A stretch of DNA of 40,000 nucleotides from positions 45,693 through 85,692 of the forward strand of contig DAITSJ010000007.1 in the NCBI GenBank assembly GCA_036843405.1, given 5' to 3'. Position 1 is the stretch's first letter, and every line of letters starts with the position of its first letter. Both the position numbers and the translations under genes were made by a program. Shown piece by piece: positions 33,720 through 40,000 of this stretch. A model generated the notes under the pieces. The model ran no database searches. It had not been told where the DNA came from and was given only the letters and a program-made list of their open reading frames with translations. This stretch comes from Porticoccaceae bacterium (GTDB lineage: Bacteria; Pseudomonadota; Gammaproteobacteria; Pseudomonadales; Porticoccaceae).

Positions 33720-34757
33720 ATGCTGAAGCTGGGTTTGATGTTGAATTATGCGGGCCGGCAGGTTTCGATCCCCATGGATCTGGTCCACGAAGTCGAGCGG
33801 CTGGGTTTCGATTCGGTGTGGGTTTCGGAAGCCTACGGTTCCGATGCGGTTACCGTTGCCACCTGGATACTGGCAAGGACTGAAAAAATACGGGTGGGCA
33901 CGGGCATCATGCAGATGCCGGCCCGCACGCCGGCCATGGCGGCGATGACGGCAATGTCGCTTCACCAGTTGTCGGAAGGACGTTTTATCGCCGGGCTGGG
34001 AGCCTCCGGACCGCAGGTGGTCGAGGGCTGGCACGGGGTGCCCTACGGCAAACCCATTACCCGGACGAAGGAATACGTTGAAATCATGCGTCGCATCTTT
34101 GCCCGCGACAGGCCGGTGGAATTCCAGGGTGAGGTCTACCAATTGCCCGCCCAGGGTCCCAATGCCACGGGCCTGGGCAAGCCCCTTAAATCCATTCTCG
34201 GCGCCGCTCCCGAAATCCCCATCTACACGGCCTCGGTAACACCCGCCGGTATGAGGGCCGCCGCGGAAGTCGCCGACGGCGTTCTGCCAATCTGGATGAG
34301 CCCCGAGAAATTCGACCTGCTGCGCACCAGTCTCGACGAGGGCTTTGCGCACAGTGGCCGTACGCTCGAGAACTTCGATGTGGCACCGGCGGTCAGGGTG
34401 GTCATGGGCGACGATCTCGATGAGTGCCGGTTGCCGGTCAAGCGCGAAATGGCGCTTTATGTCGGCGGCATGGGCTCGCGCAAGAAGAATTTCTACAATG
34501 ATTATTGCCGTCGCATGGGTTACGGGGACGCAGCCCGGGAAATCCAGGAGTGCTTCCTGGGCGGTGACCGGGAGGGTGCTGCCCGGGCGGTTCCCGACGC
34601 GCTCGTTGACGAGACGGCACTGGTGGGGCCCGAAGAGCGAATTCGCGAGCGCGCCGGGGCCTGGAAAGCGGCGGCTCGCCGGAACGAAGTCTCCACCGTT
34701 ATCGTCTCCACCGAACAGCCGGAGGTGTTGTCGATCCTGGTGGATTGCCTGCTGTAA
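33720..34757 (+). CDS. LLM-class (luciferase-like) flavin/F420-type oxidoreductase
   Basis: 345 aa. MLKLGLMLNYAG...ERLGFDSVWVSEAYGSDAVT...GTGIMQMPARTPAMAAMTAMSL...GLGASGPQVVEGWHGVPYGKP is typical of the LLM F420-dependent-type subfamily. Confidence 0.85.
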   Translation: MLKLGLMLNYAGRQVSIPMDLVHEVERLGFDSVWVSEAYGSDAVTVATWILARTEKIRVGTGIMQMPARTPAMAAMTAMSLHQLSEGRFIAGLGASGPQVVEGWHGVPYGKPITRTKEYVEIMRRIFARDRPVEFQGEVYQLPAQGPNATGLGKPLKSILGAAPEIPIYTASVTPAGMRAAAEVADGVLPIWMSPEKFDLLRTSLDEGFAHSGRTLENFDVAPAVRVVMGDDLDECRLPVKREMALYVGGMGSRKKNFYNDYCRRMGYGDAAREIQECFLGGDREGAARAVPDALVDETALVGPEERIRERAGAWKAAARRNEVSTVIVSTEQPEVLSILVDCLL

Positions 34758-34835
34758 CCTTGTACCGGCGCAGGTGCCGGGCGTGCGCCGGGCCCGTCGC
34801 CGGTGTTGCCCGGCAACCCCCATATCGGCTAGTAT

Positions 34836-34861
34836 AACTGACTGGTTGTTATTTATTGCAA
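34836..34861 (+). promoter_or_regulatory. Second copy of the AACTGAC...GTTATTTA.TTGCAA motif, upstream of the crotonase-thiolase-CoA transferase-FadB operon
   Basis: AACTGACtggttGTTATTTAtTGCAA, compared with AACTGAC...aGTTATTTActtTGCAA at 27266-27297. Lies 35 bp before the GTG start at 34896. Confidence 0.3.
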
Positions 34862-34895
34862 AGCCCTGCGGGGCCGATAACCGAGGATATTTCCT

Positions 34896-35675
34896 GTGAG
34901 TGAGCCATCCCGATTCCTGATCACGGAGATGCCGGCGGACCACGATCACGTGCTGGTGGTTACCATCAACCGTCCCCCGGCCAACCCCCTGAACCTGGCG
35001 ATGTTTAACGAACTGGGGAATATTTTCGACAGTATTGCCGAGCGGCGCGAAGTGAGGGCCGTGGTGCTTACCGGCAGCGGCGACCGGATTTTCTGTGCCG
35101 GTGCCGACGTCAAGGAAATCAACAAGCGCACGGTGGAATCCTCTTATGACCGCTCCGTGGTATACCGCCGCTGTTTTGACGCCATCTATCGTTGTCCCGT
35201 GCCGGTGATTGGTGCGGTGAACGGCTCGGCCCTGGGTGCCGGCATGGTGCTTGCGGCCTGCTGCGATATGGTCGTCGCCGCCGAGGGCGCCCGATTCGGG
35301 ATTCCCGAGATCAATGTGGGCACCCTGGGCGGTACCCGCCATGCCGCCGGCATGGTGCCCGAACGGATGATGCGCTATATGGCGCTGACCGGGGACACGC
35401 TCGGCGCGGAGGAGCTTCACCGGGTCGGCAGTATCCTCAAGGTCCTGCCCGCCGGGGAGGTGTTGCCCGAGGCCCTGGCGATCGCCGACGGCATCGCCAG
35501 GAAGGCGCCCAAGATGATGCGCATGATGCGCGAGGCCATGCTCCTGGCCGGTGAGATGCCCGTTTACGAGGGTTATCGCCTCGAGCAGCTTTTTACCAAT
35601 GTCGCGGTGGACCTGTCCGAATCCCGCGAGGCATCCGCCGCCTTTCTCGAAAAGCGGGACCCTGAATTCGACTGA
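34896..35675 (+). CDS. Enoyl-CoA hydratase/isomerase (crotonase) family protein
   Basis: 259 aa. GTG start after GAGGA. VLVVTINRPPANPLN...VVLTGSGDRIFCAGADVKE...GAVNGSALGAGMVLAACCDMVVA. Confidence 0.85.
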   Translation: MSEPSRFLITEMPADHDHVLVVTINRPPANPLNLAMFNELGNIFDSIAERREVRAVVLTGSGDRIFCAGADVKEINKRTVESSYDRSVVYRRCFDAIYRCPVPVIGAVNGSALGAGMVLAACCDMVVAAEGARFGIPEINVGTLGGTRHAAGMVPERMMRYMALTGDTLGAEELHRVGSILKVLPAGEVLPEALAIADGIARKAPKMMRMMREAMLLAGEMPVYEGYRLEQLFTNVAVDLSESREASAAFLEKRDPEFD

Positions 35676-35721
35676 AACCAGGGCGCCGGCTGGCGCCCCG
35701 ACATCCATTGGGATAGTTCTT

Positions 35722-36918
35722 ATGACGAATGACGCAGATATAGTTGCCGTGGCCGCCGTGCGCACCGCCATCGGCGCTTTTGGCGGTACGCTCCGCGATG
35801 TGCCCGCTTACGATCTGGGGGCCGCGGCCATCGGCGCCGCCCTGGAGCGCGCCGGTATCCGGGGCGCCGATGTCGATCAGGTGATCTACGCCAACTGCCG
35901 CCAGGCGGGCAATGGGCCCAATCCGGCCCGGACCGCGGCGGTGCGCGGCGGGGTGTCGCGGTCGGCGCCGGTTTACACCGTCAATATGGCCTGCCCGTCC
36001 GGCATCAAATCCGCCATGCTCGCGTCCCGGGAACTGAGTGCCGGCGATGCCCGGGTTATTGTTGCCGGCGGCATGGAATCCATGAGTACCATGCCCTACC
36101 TGCTCAAGGGAGCCCGCTGGGAAGGCTTTAAGGCCGGCGACAAAACCCTGATGGATTCCTGGAGCGATACCGTCGATCCCCTGTGCGGTTTCGGCATGGG
36201 CATGACCGCCGAAAACCAGGTGGAGAAGCACGGCCTCAGCCGGGCCGAGCAGGACAAATTTGCCCTGCAATCCCAGCAAAAGGCGGCGGCGGCCCGGGAA
36301 GCCGGGCACTTTGCCCGGGAGATAACACCCTTCGCCATTGAGCCCAGCCGAAAGAATCCCGACGGCATCGTTTTCGACCGGGACGAACCATTGCGGCCCA
36401 ACTCGTCCCTGGAATCCCTGGCGAAACTGAAGCCCGCCTTCAAGAAGGACGGCACCGTCACCGCCGGCAATGCCTGCACCATGGGCGATGCCGCCAGTGC
36501 CCTGGTGTTCACTACCCGGGAGCACGCCAGGGCCATGGGCGCCACGCCGCTGTTTTCCGTGGTCTCCTTTGCCGAGACCGCCGTCGATCCGGAGACCATG
36601 GGCGACGGTCCGGCCCACTCCATTCCCCTGGCCCTGGAGCGGGCGGCCATGTCACTGGAGGATATGGATTTCATCGAAGTCAACGAGGCCTTTGCCGCAC
36701 AGATGCTGGCCAATGAACGGGTGCTGAAATGGGACCGCAGCAAGGTCAATGTCTGGGGCGGCGCCATTGCCCTGGGCCATCCCACCGGCTTCAGCGGCGG
36801 GCGGCTGCTGGTAACCCTCGACAACATCCTGCGCAGGGAGGACGGGGAACTGGGCGTGGCCGGTATCTGCGGTGGCGGCGGGGTTACCTGCGCCATGGTG
36901 ATCCGGCGCGAAAGCTGA
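35722..36918 (+). CDS. Acetyl-CoA C-acyltransferase (thiolase)
   Basis: Trimmed to the ATG at 35722 (MTNDADIVAVAAVRTAIGAFGG...). Active-site blocks VNMACPSG, NEAFAAQ, GGAIALGHP and CGGGG. Confidence 0.9.
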   Translation: MTNDADIVAVAAVRTAIGAFGGTLRDVPAYDLGAAAIGAALERAGIRGADVDQVIYANCRQAGNGPNPARTAAVRGGVSRSAPVYTVNMACPSGIKSAMLASRELSAGDARVIVAGGMESMSTMPYLLKGARWEGFKAGDKTLMDSWSDTVDPLCGFGMGMTAENQVEKHGLSRAEQDKFALQSQQKAAAAREAGHFAREITPFAIEPSRKNPDGIVFDRDEPLRPNSSLESLAKLKPAFKKDGTVTAGNACTMGDAASALVFTTREHARAMGATPLFSVVSFAETAVDPETMGDGPAHSIPLALERAAMSLEDMDFIEVNEAFAAQMLANERVLKWDRSKVNVWGGAIALGHPTGFSGGRLLVTLDNILRREDGELGVAGICGGGGVTCAMVIRRES

Positions 36919-36925
36919 GCGCCCC

Positions 36926-38215
36926 GTGTCCGACACCCCCCTGCAATCCTCGGTGAATTTCGCGGCCATAGCCGGCAGACTGCCCCCGGCTCCTGGGGTT
37001 GTCGTGCATTCCGCGTTCGCCCAGCCCGGCTACCTGCTCGAGCGCTTCGCCGATGCTTCGGCGGATTTTGCCGGCGCCACCGTCTATTCCCTGATGCCCA
37101 TGTCGGAACCGGCGTACGGGGCACCGGCGGTGGTCGAAAGCCTGAACCTGGTGACCTTTTTCCCGGGAACGGGCCTGCGCAGGACTGTCAATCAGGGCCT
37201 GGCCACCATCGATCGCCAGAACCTCTCCGATATACCGGGCTTGTTTTCAACGGGGAAGCGGCATGCGGACCTGGTTCTCCTCCAGGTATCCGCTCCCAAC
37301 GCCGACGGCGACGTTTCCCTGGGTATTGCGGTCGATTATCTGCCCGCCGTGCTGGCACAGAAGCCCTTTGTGGTGGCCCAGGTCAATCCGCGCATGCCGT
37401 TTACGGCCGGCGATACCCGCCTCTCCCTGGGGGATATCGACGTCTGCGTGGACGTTGACGAACCCCTGACGGAGTTGCCGGCCAGCGCCGGCGATGCTGT
37501 CGAAAGCGCCATTGCCGATCATGTGGCCGGGCTGGTGGAGGACGGCGATGTGCTCCAGGCCGGCATCGGTTCGCTGCCGGACCTGGTCCTGGCCAGGCTC
37601 GATCATCTCAAGCACCTGGGCGGGCACACCGGTATCATCACGGCGGCCTGGCGCAGGCTGATCGAGGCGGGCGTCGTGGACAACAGCCGCAAAAAGCGCT
37701 TTGCCGGCACCACGGTAACCACAATGGCCGGTGGCGATGCCGGCTTTTACACGTTTCTCGACAACAACCCGGCCATCGAATTTCATGCCTGCGACCAAAC
37801 CCATGGCAGGGAAGTTCTGGCCGCCATCGACGGACTCTGTGCCATCAACAGCGTCCTTCAAATGGACCTCGCCGGCAACGCCAACGCCGAGACGGTCAAC
37901 GGTCGGCGTATCGCGGCTATTGGCGGCCTCGCGGATTTTGCCGGGGGAGCATCCCGGGCCCCGGGTGGTAAAAGCATCATTGCCCTGAGATCCGCTTTCA
38001 GGCAGCGCGACAGCGGGGAACTGGTGAGTAACATGATTCCGCGTCTGGACGGGAACGCCCCCCTTTCACTCGCCAGCGACAGCATCGATTTTGTCGTTAC
38101 CGAATACGGCGTGGCTCCGTTGCGCGGATTGAATGCCGATGCCCGGGCCCGGGCGCTGATCGGCATTGCCCATCCGTCGTTTCGCGACGACCTGTCCCGT
38201 TCTTCGGGTTGTTGA
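36926..38215 (+). CDS. Acetyl-CoA hydrolase/transferase family protein (family I CoA-transferase-like)
   Basis: 429 aa with a GTG start. GxGGxxDF-type motif (AAIGGLADFAGGA) and overall 4-hydroxybutyrate/acetyl-CoA transferase-like sequence. Confidence 0.75.
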   Translation: MSDTPLQSSVNFAAIAGRLPPAPGVVVHSAFAQPGYLLERFADASADFAGATVYSLMPMSEPAYGAPAVVESLNLVTFFPGTGLRRTVNQGLATIDRQNLSDIPGLFSTGKRHADLVLLQVSAPNADGDVSLGIAVDYLPAVLAQKPFVVAQVNPRMPFTAGDTRLSLGDIDVCVDVDEPLTELPASAGDAVESAIADHVAGLVEDGDVLQAGIGSLPDLVLARLDHLKHLGGHTGIITAAWRRLIEAGVVDNSRKKRFAGTTVTTMAGGDAGFYTFLDNNPAIEFHACDQTHGREVLAAIDGLCAINSVLQMDLAGNANAETVNGRRIAAIGGLADFAGGASRAPGGKSIIALRSAFRQRDSGELVSNMIPRLDGNAPLSLASDSIDFVVTEYGVAPLRGLNADARARALIGIAHPSFRDDLSRSSGC

Positions 38216-38267
38216 CCGCCCCGTCGGCGAAGGTCGCAAATACACTCAACGCGTTATCGGATTGATT

Positions 38268-40000
38268 ATGACTACAGCCAACGAAACCTCCCTTGTCAGT
38301 ATTTCCCGCGAAGGCGACATCGCGGTGGTGACGGTGGATTCGCCGCCGGTCAATGCCCTGTCACTGGCGGTGCGCCGGCAACTGGACGCCGCCCTGCGCG
38401 AGGTTATCGACGATGATGACGTGGCCGCCATTGTCCTGATCTGCGAGGGCCGGACGTTTTTTGCCGGCGCCGATATCAAGGAACTGGGCAAGCCGCCGGT
38501 GAGCCCGAAAATCTCCGAGATCGAGAAGGTGCTGGAAGACAGTACCAAGCCCGTAATCGCCGCCATTCACGGCAATGCCCTGGGGGGCGGCCTGGAAATG
38601 GCTCTCGCCTGCCATTACCGCATCGCCACCGAATCGGCCAAATGCGGCCTTACGGAGGTGACCCTGGGAATACTGCCCGGGGCCGGCGGCACCCAGCGTC
38701 TGCCAAGGGTGGTGGGGGTCGCAAAGGCCCTGGACATGATCTGCCACGGCCGGCGCCTGTCTGCGGGGGAGTGTCGGCGCATCGGCCTGCTCGACGATCT
38801 GGTTGAAGACGGTCGCCTGCTCGAGGGGGCACTGGCACTGGCGCAGCGCGTTATCGATGAAGAGCAGCCTCTGCGCCGGGTCCGGGATCGCCAGGAACAC
38901 CTGGCCGAAGTCCGGGACAACCCGGCGATTTTCGATGAATTCAGCAAGGCCAATGCCCGCAAGTTCCGCGGCTATGCGGCGCCGGAGGTCAATATCCGCG
39001 CCGTTGCGGCCAGTGTTGAACTGCCCTTCGAGGAGGGCCTCATACGGGAGAAGGAACTTCTCCAGGAACTGGTCGGCGGTCCCCAGCCGGCGGCCCTGCA
39101 ATACGCTTTCTTTGCCGAGCGGCAGGTCAACAGGATTCCCGACGTACCCGCCGATACGCCGCAAACTCCGATTGACCGCGTGGGGGTGGTGGGAGCCGGT
39201 ACCATGGGTGGCGGCATCGCCATGAATTTCGCCAGCCTGGGCCTGCCGGTGACCGTGCTGGAGACCAGTCGGGAAGCGCTGGACCGGGGGCTCGGTACGG
39301 TCAGGCGCAACTACGAGAGCAGTGCCCGCAAGGGGCGGATCAGTCAGGAACAGGCGGATGCGGCGGTGGCCCGGTTGCAGGGCACGCTGGCCATGGACGA
39401 CCTGGCGGACTGCGACCTGGTAATCGAGGCGGTGTTCGAGGACATGGGTGTGAAGAAGGAAGTTTTCGGTCGCCTGGACAAGGCGGTCAAGGATGATGCC
39501 ATCCTGGCCACCAACACCTCGTTCCTCGACGTCGAGGAAATCGCCTCCGCCACCGGCCGACCCTCCCAGGTGCTGGGGATGCACTTTTTCTCCCCCGCCA
39601 ACATCATGAAACTGGTGGAAGTGGTGCGCACCCCGCAAACCTCGGCCACCACCATCGCCACTGTTCTCGGGCTCGCCAGGAAGGCGGGCAAGATTCCGGT
39701 GCTGGTGGGCAACGGCCACGGTTTTGTCGGCAATCGCATACTCCAGCAGCGCAAGAGCCAGGCCCAGGAAGTGCTGCTGGAAGGCGTCATGCCCTGGGAC
39801 GTGGACCGGGTGCTCACCGATTTTGGCTTTCCCATGGGTCCTTTCGCCATGTCCGATATGGCCGGCCTGGATATCGGCTGGAACCGCGAAACCTCCCGGG
39901 GCGAGACCATTCGCGACCGGCTCTGCGAGCAGGACCGCCGGGGCCAGAAAACAGGGGCCGGCTACTATGACTACGACGACAAACGCAGACCCTCGCCCTC
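38268..40000 (+). CDS. Bifunctional enoyl-CoA hydratase / 3-hydroxyacyl-CoA dehydrogenase (FadB/FadJ-like); 3' end outside window
   Basis: Not in the ORF track because there is no stop in the window; this is my own translation from the ATG at 38268 ([31 protein letters not shown]...). Crotonase block [10 protein letters not shown]...[23 protein letters not shown], then the NAD site [14 protein letters not shown] and [18 protein letters not shown]. Confidence 0.9.
   Translation, partial: MTTANETSLVSISREGDIAVVTVDSPPVNALSLAVRRQLDAALREVIDDDDVAAIVLICEGRTFFAGADIKELGKPPVSPKISEIEKVLEDSTKPVIAAIHGNALGGGLEMALACHYRIATESAKCGLTEVTLGILPGAGGTQRLPRVVGVAKALDMICHGRRLSAGECRRIGLLDDLVEDGRLLEGALALAQRVIDEEQPLRRVRDRQEHLAEVRDNPAIFDEFSKANARKFRGYAAPEVNIRAVAASVELPFEEGLIREKELLQELVGGPQPAALQYAFFAERQVNRIPDVPADTPQTPIDRVGVVGAGTMGGGIAMNFASLGLPVTVLETSREALDRGLGTVRRNYESSARKGRISQEQADAAVARLQGTLAMDDLADCDLVIEAVFEDMGVKKEVFGRLDKAVKDDAILATNTSFLDVEEIASATGRPSQVLGMHFFSPANIMKLVEVVRTPQTSATTIATVLGLARKAGKIPVLVGNGHGFVGNRILQQRKSQAQEVLLEGVMPWDVDRVLTDFGFPMGPFAMSDMAGLDIGWNRETSRGETIRDRLCEQDRRGQKTGAGYYDYDDKRRPSP

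Noticed and set aside
33705-35771. 688-aa minus-strand ORF
   Set aside because: Antisense to the LLM oxidoreductase and crotonase genes, with no recognisable domain.
38361-39719. 452-aa minus-strand ORF
   Set aside because: Antisense to the FadB-like gene. That gene is absent from the track only because it lacks a stop inside the window, and its plus-frame translation is unambiguous.
1-40000. Looked for CRISPR arrays, tRNA/rRNA genes, integrases/transposases, prophage or toxin-antitoxin modules
   Set aside because: I saw no regularly spaced repeats, cloverleaf-like or rRNA-like sequences, or recombinase/transposase-like ORFs. The only repeats are the short structured intergenic elements reported above.

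Overview
GC-rich bacterial chromosomal segment. Gene content and an exosortase suggest a Gram-negative, probably gammaproteobacterial, aerobe; the taxon is inference only. I call 34 protein-coding genes, one of them a doubtful 61-aa ORF. I saw no rRNA, tRNA, CRISPR array, transposase or integrase. Layout, left to right: (i) A macro-domain gene (5' truncated) plus a NADAR gene, then alanine racemase and a fused 5-oxoprolinase. (ii) A minus-strand thiol/redox operon: cysteine synthase-glutaredoxin fusion, IPNS-family 2OG oxygenase, a possible 61-aa ORF, an AhpD/CMD-like protein and a GFA protein. It is divergent from a ~980-aa BTAD(SARP)-AAA-TPR regulator that is co-transcribed with a tandem-DUF4242 protein, followed by OsmC and a flavin monooxygenase. 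(iii) The most unusual locus is a compact, translationally coupled three-gene cassette at 15240-17833 on the minus strand. It encodes a 65-aa secreted mini-protein made almost entirely of a signal peptide plus an exosortase-type C-terminal sorting signal, a membrane di-iron fatty-acid-hydroxylase/sterol-desaturase-family enzyme, and an exosortase fused to an EpsI domain. No EPS genes are nearby. (iv) A PNPOx-like protein, a GMC oxidoreductase and a glcD-E-F-B-G glycolate oxidase/malate synthase operon. (v) A TetR-associated acyl-CoA catabolic island: two crotonases, an epoxide hydrolase, an apparently heteromeric acyl-CoA dehydrogenase pair, SDR, LLM oxidoreductase, thiolase, CoA-transferase and a FadB-like bifunctional enzyme cut by the window end. 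Two intergenic regions share a structured REP/MITE-like repeat. An AACTGAC..GTTAT motif recurs in front of the catabolic operons. Many long antisense or out-of-frame ORFs in the track are GC-driven artefacts. All calls come from reading the translated ORFs against remembered family signatures; no database search or computation was possible.
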